Origin: Clostridiales bacterium | GTDB taxonomy: Bacteria > Bacillota > Clostridia > Oscillospirales > CAG-272 | Direction: 5' to 3' | DNA: 64,000 bases | Assembly: GCA_022791195.1 (NCBI GenBank) | Contig: JAAVYP010000051.1 | Coordinates: 44,703 to 108,702, forward strand | Shown: positions 9,733 to 18,817 of the stretch, in pieces | How the letters are laid out: every line of letters starts with the position of its first letter | Position numbering within the stretch: the first letter of the stretch is position 1 | Made by a program: the position numbers and the translations under genes | Notes under the pieces: generated by a model | Database searches by the model: none | The model's input: the letters and a program-made list of their open reading frames with translations, nothing else | What the model was told of the DNA's origin: nothing

Positions 9733-11244
9733 TTATTTTGCTTTGGCATATATTTTTTTGAATTTGCTGTTTCCATTGCTGAAATAGTAGACGCCGTCTT
9801 GTTCATAATAAGCAGAACCGGCCGCCGCAGAAAAAGTTCCTACATTTTCGCACAAACATTTTGGCTTGGACACGCCGCGTATGACATATAAATCATTCGT
9901 CTCGTTCTCCGGCACTGTATAAAACACATAGTCCCGCCCGCTTTGACGTACAGAACTCACTGTGTCTGCTATCTTTTTAGCCCTCAGCTTACCTCGCTTA
10001 CCCCACAAAGCGGCATTGCGATCAGTATAATACAGATAGCGTCCATCACCCGTCATCGTAAAAGCGATTACCTCTTCCGCTAATACGCTTGTCTTTCCCT
10101 TAGCCGAAGACGAAATCAAATGAGAATCTTTCATATAATACACACGATTGCCTTTGTCGTTGACCAAAGGTGCGCTAACCAATGTATCAATTAAAGAGGA
10201 TTGATATTTTCCGCCTACATAATGCAAACTCTGGTTATTATCTTCATAAAACTTATTGGCAAATGAACGAATGCCATAAGAAACAATCTTTGTATCCATG
10301 GAAAACAAAAGAGGACTGCTGTAACTGGCAAGTTCAGTGCTGCAAACCAAATTGACCATCGCTTCGGATACAAGCACTGCTTCTTTGCCCCCTCTAAACA
10401 GATAGCTCCCCGAATCGGCATAAAATAAAACATCAGAAAAATCATTGTCAAATGCAAAGGTATTGGCTACATTACGAAAAACTTCCGTCTGTTTACCGCC
10501 CGATGCATAATATAAATTCATAGACCCGTCTACCATATAGAGATGTTTTAAACCATCCGACACGGCAATGGGGATTCGATCCTGTGCATAGCGTTCGGCC
10601 TTTTTTCCGGTGAAGCAATACATCACTTCGCTGTCCGCCTCTTTCTTCAGATAGGCAATGGTATCGCCGCCCGAAGAAACACTGATATGATTTTCAAGTA
10701 CATCGGTATCAATCTGTTTGGTTTTTTTATTTTTGCAGGTAAAGCGAAAAAGCTCTCCCTCTGAATTGACATAAGCGACACCGCCGCCATACGAAGCCAT
10801 GCGGTATGCGGCCACATTATTGGAAATGAGGTACAAACCTTTTTTGTTTACCATGTATAACTCATCCTGCTCGGTTAAAAACACAAGCAAATCACCATAC
10901 ATGGAAGTAGACTCATGCAGCATATTGCCGGAGAAGGTTCCCTCAAGCAGCTTATCATTGTAAAAAAATACAGTATTTCTTCCATCCTGAACATAAGTAA
11001 TGGTCACTGTTTTGGAAGAATAAGGGCCTGGACGAAAGCTATAAAGCAAAAGCCAGCCCGCCACGATCAAAGCCAAAAACAAAATAATCACGCAGAGCCA
11101 ATTGCGAAGAGGCATTTGCTTTAATGGTTCCAACACCCTGCCAATCAAATTGTGTTTTATCGGCTCTTTACAGTTCGCGCAAAAAGCATCCTCGCGGTTG
11201 ACTTCTTGTCCGCATTTTTTACAAATCATTTTCTTCTCCGCCAA
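9733..11244 (-). CDS. Membrane protein: N-terminal zinc ribbon, one TM helix, large extracytoplasmic repeat (beta-propeller-like) domain
   Basis: CKKCGQ...CANC zinc ribbon; TM helix WLCVIILFLALIVAGWLLLY; Y/G-rich repeated strands thereafter. Confidence 0.6.
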   Translation of the reverse strand: MAEKKMICKKCGQEVNREDAFCANCKEPIKHNLIGRVLEPLKQMPLRNWLCVIILFLALIVAGWLLLYSFRPGPYSSKTVTITYVQDGRNTVFFYNDKLLEGTFSGNMLHESTSMYGDLLVFLTEQDELYMVNKKGLYLISNNVAAYRMASYGGGVAYVNSEGELFRFTCKNKKTKQIDTDVLENHISVSSGGDTIAYLKKEADSEVMYCFTGKKAERYAQDRIPIAVSDGLKHLYMVDGSMNLYYASGGKQTEVFRNVANTFAFDNDFSDVLFYADSGSYLFRGGKEAVLVSEAMVNLVCSTELASYSSPLLFSMDTKIVSYGIRSFANKFYEDNNQSLHYVGGKYQSSLIDTLVSAPLVNDKGNRVYYMKDSHLISSSAKGKTSVLAEEVIAFTMTGDGRYLYYTDRNAALWGKRGKLRAKKIADTVSSVRQSGRDYVFYTVPENETNDLYVIRGVSKPKCLCENVGTFSAAAGSAYYEQDGVYYFSNGNSKFKKIYAKAK

Positions 11245-11648
11245 TTTTGATTACACAGCTTATTTTATACAGGAAATCAAATTCGTTTTATAGTGAATAT
11301 CATAGTATTTCCCAAAAAGCGATGTTTTTATAGACATTTCGTCCGATTTTTGTTGCACATGTATCATGAGAAAGCCTGTCTTGTTGCCCAACAAAAGCAA
11401 CCTGCTAACCGCGCAGCAAACGCTGTCTGTGTACTTAGACTTCTATGGTATCACAACAGCAATCATTTCGCAAGGAACGACAGCTATATTTGACAAACTC
11501 TTCATGAATCCCTGAAAATTTAGCAATATTTATTTAAGTATACCATAAATCCGTATTTTTTACAATATCTGACTGCAACCGGCCCGCTTTTCTCCTCTCT
11601 TGACCATATGCAACATACGTAAAGGTGGTTGACGCATGTTTTTGTATA

Positions 11649-11677
11649 TTGACAATTTTCATTTAATCTGCTATACT
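11649..11677 (+). promoter_or_regulatory. Sigma-A type promoter for tRNA-Pro
   Basis: TTGACA (11649-11654), 17-nt spacer, TATACT (11672-11677), about 22 nt upstream of the tRNA 5' end. Confidence 0.65.
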
Positions 11678-11699
11678 GACTAATAGTGTATAATAAAAT

Positions 11700-11775
11700 C
11701 GGGGTGTAGCGCAGTTGGTAGCGCGCGACATTTGGGATGTTGAGGCCGCAGGTTCGAATCCTGTCACTCCGACCA
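11700..11775 (+). tRNA. tRNA-Pro (anticodon UGG), CCA encoded
   Basis: Cloverleaf folded by hand: 7-bp acceptor stem (CGGGGTG/CACTCCG), D arm GCGC/GCGC, anticodon stem CGACA/TGTTG with loop TT-TGG-GA, T arm GCAGG-TTCGAAT-CCTGT, 76 nt. Confidence 0.9.
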
Positions 11776-11780
11776 CCTTT

Positions 11781-11823
11781 CCGGCTGATTTAGCATTGAA
11801 TATTAAATCAGCCGGACTTTTTA
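11781..11823 (+). terminator. Intrinsic terminator after tRNA-Pro
   Basis: 12-bp stem CCGGCTGATTTA / TAAATCAGCCGG followed by ACTTTTT. Confidence 0.7.
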
Positions 11824-11850
11824 GGTTTGATTGAGAGAGAGGTGACAAAA

Positions 11851-12036
11851 ATGCAGATGTGTCCTTTTTGTGACAAAGTATATGATGAATCCGAATACAG
11901 CCATTGCCCTTATTGTTCTGGGGAATTAGATGAAGATGACGAAGAAACAAGACCATGTCCTGAATGCGGTGGTTGTTTACACTGGGATGGCGATGAGTGG
12001 GTATGTTCCAACTGTGATTACGCAGAAGAAGACTAA
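11851..12036 (+). CDS. Small double zinc-ribbon protein (61 aa) with an acidic linker
   Basis: ATG at 11851 after GAGAGAGGTGA. Two CxxC...CxxC pairs (CPFC..CPYC; CPEC..CSNC) flank an EDDEE linker. Confidence 0.55.
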   Translation: MQMCPFCDKVYDESEYSHCPYCSGELDEDDEETRPCPECGGCLHWDGDEWVCSNCDYAEED

Positions 12037-12094
12037 GTTCAAGTATAATATCTCAGAAGATTGTTCTTTATAAAAAAACTCTGCAAATTTCGAT

Positions 12095-12245
12095 TTTTCT
12101 TTGTCTACTGCGGCGCAGATTTTGACAGAGTGACCGAAACCGGTCACTCTGTCATTTTTTCTTTTTCCGCTTTGATTTGCGCCTTTACCTGAACGATCAT
12201 CCCCGCAAGCTTTTCTTCGCATTCCTCTCGCGTCTTAGCGTAAAT
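12095..12245. repeat. Direct repeat copy A (3' end of the 479-aa recombinase gene plus downstream hairpin)
   Basis: Aligns by eye with 22743-22891, roughly four-fifths identical, with two 1-nt indels. Confidence 0.8.
12124..12166 (+). terminator. Plus-strand hairpin plus T-tract embedded in the recombinase 3' end; likely terminates the zinc-ribbon transcript
   Basis: 13-bp stem GACAGAGTGACCG / CGGTCACTCTGTC followed by ATTTTTTCTTTTT on the plus strand. The recombinase stop codon lies inside the stem. Confidence 0.45.
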
Positions 12246-13583
12246 ATTATGGCTTTCGCGCTTGCCGTAGGCGTTGGTCGGCGTATACCGTCCTTCGTAT
12301 ATATGGTCGTTGATCATCGTTACACAACCTGTCCCAAGCTTGCGTATTTTGGGCGTATACGGCTTGAATTCGATCGGGGCGGTATCTTTCCTTGTCTGTT
12401 GATCAACCGTCGGCATTTGGGCGTCTGTGCCACCGATTTTGCGGTCAATCCGCACTGCCGCCTGCCTCTGCATCGTGTCGGTGATATGGCTGTAAATATC
12501 AAGCGTGGTTGCGGACGATACATGACCTATCGTAGCCGACAGCGTTTTCACATCCATACCGTGTTCCAACGCCATAGTCGCGAATGTGTGCCTGAGATCG
12601 TGGAAACGCACTTTTTTGCATCCTGCCCGTTCCAATATCAGTTGTAACCGCTTTCGGACAGACGACGGATTTCTCGGTCTGCTGTTATTCAGCGGTGACG
12701 GGAACATCCACTCCGAATCCACCGATTTTCTGTACTCCGCAAGTATCTTTACAAGTGACTGAGACAGTATCACCGTACGGACAGACGCCTTTGTTTTCGG
12801 CGCTGATATGATTACTTCTGCCTTGATAATATATACCTGCCGTTCGATGCGAAGCTCACCTGTTGAGAAGTTAAGATCGCTCCATTTGAGTGCCAGTATT
12901 TCACCTCGGCGCATTCCAGTACCAAGCTCCAACAAGAACAGTTCGTAATATCCCTCATCCTTTGCCTGATGAAGAAACCGCAGTATCGCATTTTGTGTCA
13001 GCACTTGCATCTCTCTCGCTTTTTTCGGCGGCAGTTTACAGCCGACAGCGGGATTTGTTCGGATCAGTCCGTCCTGCACTGCTCGCTGTAATGCTGTACG
13101 ACAATTGGCGTGTATCGCCCTTATCGTTCTGTCTGAAAGTCCCTTACCGAGTGTTTCGGTGTGCAGTTTTCTTCCGCCTGTCTTTTCCTTTGCATAGAAT
13201 TGCTGCAGATCGGATTGCGACAGCTTGTTCAGCGGAATTTTTCCGATTTCGGGAATAATGTGATTGTAGATGCGGTTTTCATAGTCGCTTTTTGTGGTGA
13301 TCCGAAGTGTGTGCCCGCAATAGGTCTGATACCAAAAGTCGATCCACTCACCGAATGGCATATCCGGCTTTATCTTTTCCGTGGCGCTGCCGTACTGTTC
13401 TTTCAGCGTTTCAAGCTTAGCGGCACATTCCGTTTTTGTTTTCGCCGTTACGCATTTCGTAATAGGCAGGCTTTTCTCATTGTACCCGACAACGATTCTC
13501 CCTTCCCAACGTCCGTCTTTGCGCAGGCGTAATGTGCCTTCACCGTTTTTTCGTTTTTTAGCTATTAGTATCATCTCCTTCAA
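12144..13583 (-). CDS. Tyrosine recombinase/integrase (479 aa) with a C-terminal extension that repeats the N-terminal arm-binding-like module
   Basis: Catalytic pattern MRRGE...HDLRHTFAT...IGHVSSATTLDIYSHI. N-terminus DGRWEGRIVVG...AKTKTECAAKL; C-terminus YEGRYTPT...AKTREECEEKL. Confidence 0.9.
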   Translation of the reverse strand: MKEMILIAKKRKNGEGTLRLRKDGRWEGRIVVGYNEKSLPITKCVTAKTKTECAAKLETLKEQYGSATEKIKPDMPFGEWIDFWYQTYCGHTLRITTKSDYENRIYNHIIPEIGKIPLNKLSQSDLQQFYAKEKTGGRKLHTETLGKGLSDRTIRAIHANCRTALQRAVQDGLIRTNPAVGCKLPPKKAREMQVLTQNAILRFLHQAKDEGYYELFLLELGTGMRRGEILALKWSDLNFSTGELRIERQVYIIKAEVIISAPKTKASVRTVILSQSLVKILAEYRKSVDSEWMFPSPLNNSRPRNPSSVRKRLQLILERAGCKKVRFHDLRHTFATMALEHGMDVKTLSATIGHVSSATTLDIYSHITDTMQRQAAVRIDRKIGGTDAQMPTVDQQTRKDTAPIEFKPYTPKIRKLGTGCVTMINDHIYEGRYTPTNAYGKRESHNIYAKTREECEEKLAGMIVQVKAQIKAEKEKMTE

Positions 13584-14733
13584 TCATAATTTCGTCCATA
13601 AAGTTACCCACAATGTTGGAAGCATTTTTTTGCATATCGGTGGTTACATGTGTATAGGTATCCAGTGTAAAGCTTGCATTTGTGTGACCTAAGATTCCCG
13701 AGAGCGTTTTCGCATCTACACCGCTTATTAATGCATGCGTTGCAAAGGTATGTCTGAGATCGTGAAAGCGTATCAGCGGAAGTTCGGCTTGCTTTAACAG
13801 CGTTTTTAATCGGTGATAAGCGTAGTCGGGATGCATCGGTTCTTCCGGCTTGTAGATATTCGGGAATATCCATTCACTAACTGATTTTTCTTTTCTCTTG
13901 CGCAAAAGCTCTGCCGTGCTCGGCGGAAGAAGAACTGTGCGTGTGCCTGTTGCGGTTTTTGTTTCGCCGACAGTAAGTCCTCCGCCTTTCTTTTTATGGA
14001 TCGCTCGCCTGATTTTTAATTTTCCCGTGTCAGCGTTAAAGTCTTCCCATCTGAGTCCGCAGATTTCACCTCGGCGCAGACCTGTTGTCAGCTCCGTATA
14101 GAAGAAACCGTACCACAGCTCATCCTGTCGGATTCGCTCCATAAATCTGTCAAGCTGTTCGTCATTCAAGATCTGCTTCGGTGCATAATTATTTTTCGGT
14201 ATTGTCGTTCCGTTTGTAGGATTTTTTATGATCAGCCGCTGTGTCACCGCCATATCCAACGCTTCATGCAACATCATATGTATCTTTCGAATCAAGCTGT
14301 CGGCAAGCTCTGTTCCGTGAAGTTTGTCTACTCTTACTCTGCCGTACTTTTTGACTGTGTTATAGAATTTTTGTATCTCCTGCGTGGACAGCGCCGACAG
14401 AGGCCTGTCGCCGAGATACGGCTTGATCTGATTTTTTATCATAGCCTTGTAAGCATCCAGCGTAGTTTCCCGAACCGTAAATATCATATATTCATTGATC
14501 CAACGGTCGAGCCATTCGCCGAGCGTCATATTGCAGTCATCGGTAAGATCGGCATCGCGGTACATCTCAATATGATCGTGCAGTTTTTTCATCAGTTCCT
14601 TTTGTGTCTTTGAAAGAACATATCGATGTATGGGATCACCGTTCTTTTTGTGACCAACAACGATTCTGCCTTCCCACCGTCCGTCGTCACGCTTTCGCAC
14701 CATTCCGTCGCCTGCTGGTCTTCGTTTTGCCAT
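13558..14733 (-). CDS. Tyrosine recombinase/integrase (391 aa)
   Basis: LRRGE...HDLRHTFATHAL...LGHTNASFTLDTYTHV. RBS AGAGAGGTGA. The 3' end overlaps the next recombinase by 26 nt. Confidence 0.9.
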   Translation of the reverse strand: MAKRRPAGDGMVRKRDDGRWEGRIVVGHKKNGDPIHRYVLSKTQKELMKKLHDHIEMYRDADLTDDCNMTLGEWLDRWINEYMIFTVRETTLDAYKAMIKNQIKPYLGDRPLSALSTQEIQKFYNTVKKYGRVRVDKLHGTELADSLIRKIHMMLHEALDMAVTQRLIIKNPTNGTTIPKNNYAPKQILNDEQLDRFMERIRQDELWYGFFYTELTTGLRRGEICGLRWEDFNADTGKLKIRRAIHKKKGGGLTVGETKTATGTRTVLLPPSTAELLRKRKEKSVSEWIFPNIYKPEEPMHPDYAYHRLKTLLKQAELPLIRFHDLRHTFATHALISGVDAKTLSGILGHTNASFTLDTYTHVTTDMQKNASNIVGNFMDEIMIEGDDTNS

Positions 14734-14921
14734 ATAGAATCACCTCTCTTTTCAACACAACATACCACAAAGGTTTTTAGATATCCAGCAACAATAAAAA
14801 GTTTATCAAAGAGTTCACAATCATTTGTAGATTGAGATTCAAAGTAGCAATCACTGTTAAAACCGCTGTAATATCGGCATTTATTCGCATAGCAACCTAC
14901 GATTTCCTCCATGCCATTTTC

Positions 14922-15025
14922 AGCAACCCACCCTGAAAAACAGAATAGAAATCGCTGAAAATGCCCACACGATCGGCATTGCCGTCCGTTGTTACTGCAG
15001 GGGGGAGCAACCGCAACCCACCCTG
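14922..15025. repeat. Two copies of a 13-nt direct repeat GCAACCCACCCTG (14922-14934, 15013-15025) inside a structured non-coding stretch
   Basis: Exact 13-mer seen twice, 91 nt apart. Extra GCAACC half-sites lie at 14891 and 15007. Inverted repeat CATTTTCAGC/GCTGAAAATG at 14912-14921/14955-14964. Confidence 0.6.
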
Positions 15026-15037
15026 CTTTCTCCTGCT

Positions 15038-15316
15038 TCACTCTAAATTCGGCATATCTTCCGCGTATGCCGCCATTTCCTCATAGGGATCGGGAAGCGG
15101 GTTGATTTTGCATCGCGGTACAAGCTCGTCCATCAGACTGTCAAAGCATTTGCAGCAAAATTTGAGATCAAGCTGATAACAGTCATACTTCGATCCGTAT
15201 CCGAAACGGTGACGGAAACAGAAATTTTCTTCCTCGTCCCACATATCAAATTTCTTTCCGCATAAGCTGCACTTTTTAACTAACCTCGCTCTGATTCTTT
15301 TTATCCTCATTTTCAT
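15038..15316 (-). CDS. Small Cys-rich hypothetical protein (92 aa)
   Basis: CSLCGKKF...CCKCFDS zinc-binding-like pairs. The start overlaps the stop of the upstream ORF (ATGA-type junction at 15313-15316). Confidence 0.5.
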   Translation of the reverse strand: MKMRIKRIRARLVKKCSLCGKKFDMWDEEENFCFRHRFGYGSKYDCYQLDLKFCCKCFDSLMDELVPRCKINPLPDPYEEMAAYAEDMPNLE

Positions 15317-15783
15317 ACCGCCTCCTGCTTTTTCTTTCGGTCATACCGTTCCAATTTCCTGATCGCTTTTTCATGCGCCTGCTGACAAGCAGCTCTCTGT
15401 AACTGCTGTTGCAAATACAAATTCTTTGCCTGTTCAACTGGCAGAATTGTATAGAGCAAATTGCCGTTGCGCTTCACTCCGCTTGCTGTTCGGACTTCCG
15501 TCGGCTCGGTTCGGATCAATTGCTTTTCCTCCAGACGCTTTACATATTTGCTCACCGTATTGCGTGACATCTTCGATGCGTCGCAGATCGTTCTGAAACT
15601 CGGATGGCATTTGAATGTTTTTCTGTCCTCACGGTAGAGCAGATATGCATAGACGGCGATCTCTCCATAGGAAAGATTCAGGCAGAAAATTTCATTTGGC
15701 AGAGGAAAATAATCTCTGATCGCATCGCGCTTTTGATAACAGTTGTACTTCAAATGCGGCCTCCTGTCTTTTCTTCGACCCAC
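15313..15783 (-). CDS. HTH DNA-binding protein, replication-initiator/regulator-like, of the mobile element
   Basis: Pattern FPLPNEIF...LSYGEIAVYAYLLY...MSRNTVSKYVKRLEEKQLI (winged-helix). Sits between the excisionase and recombinase genes. Confidence 0.6.
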   Translation of the reverse strand: MGRRKDRRPHLKYNCYQKRDAIRDYFPLPNEIFCLNLSYGEIAVYAYLLYREDRKTFKCHPSFRTICDASKMSRNTVSKYVKRLEEKQLIRTEPTEVRTASGVKRNGNLLYTILPVEQAKNLYLQQQLQRAACQQAHEKAIRKLERYDRKKKQEAV

Positions 15784-15959
15784 CTACTGAACTTTTCTTT
15801 TGGTACGATGAGACGTGAGCCGATACGAAGTGACGGAAATCCTTTTTCATGCATCAGCTCATAGCTGCTCGATATGGAAATACCGAGCAGCTTCGCCACC
15901 GTTTCTGCATTGAGAAACAGCGGCAGTTCATCGTAAGTGGTGTAAACAGATTCTTTCAT
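15750..15959 (-). CDS. Excisionase-family (MerR-like) HTH protein
   Basis: ATG at 15959 after GAAAGGAGG. Motif LNAETVAKLLGISISSSYELMHEKGFPSLRIGSRLIVPKEKF is typical of Xis-type HTH proteins. Confidence 0.7.
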   Translation of the reverse strand: MKESVYTTYDELPLFLNAETVAKLLGISISSSYELMHEKGFPSLRIGSRLIVPKEKFSRWVEEKTGGRI

Positions 15960-16288
15960 CAGGCTTGTGCCTCCTTTCAAATTCACACAGCTTTCCTGCC
16001 GTGTATGTATCAAATCAGGCTATTTTGCAAAACAAAAAAGACCTTACCTACATTTCATCACGGAAACACAAATAAAGCGGACAGGCGTTCGCTTAGGGGA
16101 ATGTTCCGTGCCTGAATATGTAAGTAAGATCTTTGCGATTCAATATGTACGGTTGCTCAGTGGCAACCTGTTAAGGTGGCACTTTATTCAATTGTGAGAT
16201 TAGTATAGCATAATTAAAAAAATTTGTCAAGGCTTTTGAATAAACTCAGAGGTTTACGGGAATACTATTTTATTTACCTGTTATTGAA

Positions 16289-16330
16289 AGAGAGAAGGCT
16301 GAACAGAATTAACGGCTCAGCCTTCTCTCT
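16289..16330 (-). terminator. Strong hairpin immediately 3' of the 93-aa ORF (possible terminator, no clear U-tract)
   Basis: 14-bp stem AGAGAGAAGGCTGA / TCAGCCTTCTCTCT. Confidence 0.4.
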
Positions 16331-16335
16331 CAAAT

Positions 16336-16617
16336 TCAATCTTCTTTATCGGACGGTTCATGCATCACTTCTATCATGATTCTTGTTGCAAGCTTGAAAC
16401 CGCTGATGAACGCCTCAAGCTCATTCATTCCGTGCAGCTCCGATTCGCAGTCCTTGAGCTTCTCAAAGATTTCTTTCTGCTGTTCGGTGAGCGTTGGTAT
16501 CAAATCATCCTGATGCCGGACGATATATCCTAACACTTCGCTGTATGCACTCCCTCGCTGAAAACTATGCTCATTAGGAATGATGTTGCCGTAATACAGA
16601 TCTTCAAGCGTTGTCAT
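16336..16617 (-). CDS. Small hypothetical protein common in Clostridial mobile elements (93 aa)
   Basis: RBS GAGGTGGG. Sequence LEDLYYGNI.P.E...EQQKEIFEKL. No function can be assigned. Confidence 0.55.
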   Translation of the reverse strand: MTTLEDLYYGNIIPNEHSFQRGSAYSEVLGYIVRHQDDLIPTLTEQQKEIFEKLKDCESELHGMNELEAFISGFKLATRIMIEVMHEPSDKED

Positions 16618-16626
16618 CGTCCCACC

Positions 16627-16851
16627 TCACAAAGAAGAGGACGACACATCATCGGTCATACCCGATATCGTGTCGCCCTCTTGTCTCATTTTTTCTGCCG
16701 CAATTAACGCATGCTTTACAAGCAACATGTCAACCCACGTCCGCTCGTCGCACTCTGACGGTCGCCCGTCTTTCAGATACTCTGCCATCGCCGCACTCAT
16801 CACATCATACTTTTCTCCGCTGTAAATTTCAGCTATGCTTATCTGTGCCAT
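16627..16851 (-). CDS. Small hypothetical protein (74 aa)
   Basis: ATG at 16851 after AAAGGAGG. The track start at 16917 lacks an RBS. Confidence 0.5.
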   Translation of the reverse strand: MAQISIAEIYSGEKYDVMSAAMAEYLKDGRPSECDERTWVDMLLVKHALIAAEKMRQEGDTISGMTDDVSSSSL

Positions 16852-16933
16852 ATCCGCACCTCCTTTGCAGTACACAACAGTACCACAGGAAGAGGCGGAA
16901 GTCCAGAGAAAATACAATTTTTAGCATAGAAGA

Positions 16934-18817
16934 CTAATCAACATCATAAAAAACTAAACCGTCGGGGAATTTTATATTAGGAATCCAAATCTCTTTTCCC
17001 TCCCATCCCTTAGTACCTGTAACTTTATACATTGTTAACGATACTTGATCGGTTATTTTTGAAACCAGCGCACGATCATTAGGAGATAACAATGTTCCTG
17101 TTCCTTTTGCAATATCTCGGCCTCTTCTAACAATCAAAACTCCCTGTCTAGAGGGATCTTCTGATATATAGGAATTCAAGAAAGATAAATATGATTTCTT
17201 ATTCCAATCACCTTTTTCGCTATCAATCATTTGGATAATTTGATAAATCAATTGAAGGTTCACAGAATAGCCTTCGTTTTCGCTAAAAGCTGACAGAATA
17301 TTGTCAATTTGGGAAATGTCATCATTGGTTGGATAAAATGGAAAATAACTTACTCCGCCTACGAGCATATTCAAATGTGAATGATCAAGTACATTCTTCC
17401 TAGTTGGACGTAAAGTTTTCGGATAATACATTTTAATATCATCCGCGTTTTTTGCTTTCTTAATTTGATTAATAATGGAATTGTTAGTTTTATTAATCTC
17501 GCTAAACCGTTTAATTAATAACGGAGGCATGAAGACTCGCACAAGTCCTGGATCTCTATCGTATCCAAACATTCTCGAGTGCTGCCACATCGTATCTGCC
17601 TGAGGATTTTTAGCAACTCTGCAATAATATATTGTTTGAAGCATGGGGAAAGTAATGCCTCTTCCCAAACTATTGCCGCCCACAACTATATTGAGCCCTG
17701 TTTCATATCGTATGTTTTCATCATAAGAAGCTTTTGAATTGATAACCAAAACATTAATTTGATCGTTTTCAAGTGCTTCCTTTATGTATGAGTAAATGTC
17801 ATCAAACGGTGCAATATCCGGCTTTGTAGTTTTGAAATTTTCGTATGTTTGCTGTAATGTTTCAATAGTACAATCTTCGTCAATAGAAAGATTCAATTCA
17901 TTTAAATATTCTCCAATTTTATTAGCGAACTTTTGATGTTCAGAAACTTTAACGCTTGGATGAACAACAAAGTTACTAACTTGAGAACCATTAAGAAACA
18001 AATGCGCGGATGATACCAAGTGCATTAATAACGCTTGTTTTAATCCGTTTTCAGGAAATTCATCATCTGATAAAAGCTCTTTTCCTTCATCATTGTCTGT
18101 CGGTATGACATACGGACAGTTCTCATCAGAAAAGAAAAAGTCACCTCCAAGATATCCTGCTCCGGGCTCAAAATAATATATAAACGCGGGTTTCCATCCG
18201 GCAATTTTAGTTTGCAACAATAAAGACTGCGGGGTACCTGTCACTTGTAAATAAATGCTGCTAGCGCTTGTTTTCTTGATAGCGTTAAGAGTTCTATTTA
18301 TTGCACTTACATCCTTTTGATTAACTTTGGTATTAGGACTGGCTGCATCTGCCTCATCATCAACAATAAATAGAGGATTGCCTGCGCAGAAATTTGTAGA
18401 ACTAAAATTGTTTTTCCACTGTTTCAGAACATGAACATTCTTCTTCAATACGATCAACACAGGCTTTTTCAATGCATTGGCTTGAAAACGAATATAGTCA
18501 TTTTCTCCGCACACACAAAATGTATCCAAATCGGCAAGAGCGCGTTTAAATGTTTGTTCTTGTAACAATGTGTTATCAGTTGTTAGCAATACAAAAATAT
18601 TAAAACCTTCATCCGCAGCAGCGGCAATAAGTCCAAACATATGGCTTGTTTTTCCGCTTTGTACATTTCCCATAAGGAGACTAACAATATGCTCTCGATA
18701 TGAAAAGTTTGAAATATATTGAGGTACAATATCATTAATCGTTTTCTTCACAGCATCCGCAAGTGATGCTCTGTTTCGTTGTAATAATTCGTTTATGTAA
18801 TTTTCTGCGTGACTCAT
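16934..18817 (-). CDS. Z1-domain SF2 helicase-like ATPase (H/N subunit of a CglI/NgoAVII-like restriction enzyme)
   Basis: Walker A GNVQSGKT, DEAD-like IVDDEADAAS, TGTP, GGNSLGRGITF. The ATG at 18817 overlaps the nuclease stop as ATGA, with GGAGTGAG upstream. Confidence 0.8.
   Translation of the reverse strand: MSHAENYINELLQRNRASLADAVKKTINDIVPQYISNFSYREHIVSLLMGNVQSGKTSHMFGLIAAAADEGFNIFVLLTTDNTLLQEQTFKRALADLDTFCVCGENDYIRFQANALKKPVLIVLKKNVHVLKQWKNNFSSTNFCAGNPLFIVDDEADAASPNTKVNQKDVSAINRTLNAIKKTSASSIYLQVTGTPQSLLLQTKIAGWKPAFIYYFEPGAGYLGGDFFFSDENCPYVIPTDNDEGKELLSDDEFPENGLKQALLMHLVSSAHLFLNGSQVSNFVVHPSVKVSEHQKFANKIGEYLNELNLSIDEDCTIETLQQTYENFKTTKPDIAPFDDIYSYIKEALENDQINVLVINSKASYDENIRYETGLNIVVGGNSLGRGITFPMLQTIYYCRVAKNPQADTMWQHSRMFGYDRDPGLVRVFMPPLLIKRFSEINKTNNSIINQIKKAKNADDIKMYYPKTLRPTRKNVLDHSHLNMLVGGVSYFPFYPTNDDISQIDNILSAFSENEGYSVNLQLIYQIIQMIDSEKGDWNKKSYLSFLNSYISEDPSRQGVLIVRRGRDIAKGTGTLLSPNDRALVSKITDQVSLTMYKVTGTKGWEGKEIWIPNIKFPDGLVFYDVD

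Noticed and set aside
11245-11648. 400-bp gap upstream of tRNA-Pro as a possible ncRNA (6S, SRP RNA, tmRNA)
   Set aside because: It contains only one short hairpin (GTTGC...GCAAC). I found none of the conserved boxes I know for these RNAs, so it is left unannotated.
14592-15041. 149-aa minus-strand ORF upstream of the first recombinase
   Set aside because: It would overlap the recombinase gene by about 140 nt in another frame and has no RBS. The region is better explained as structured non-coding DNA (see the finding for 14735-15037).
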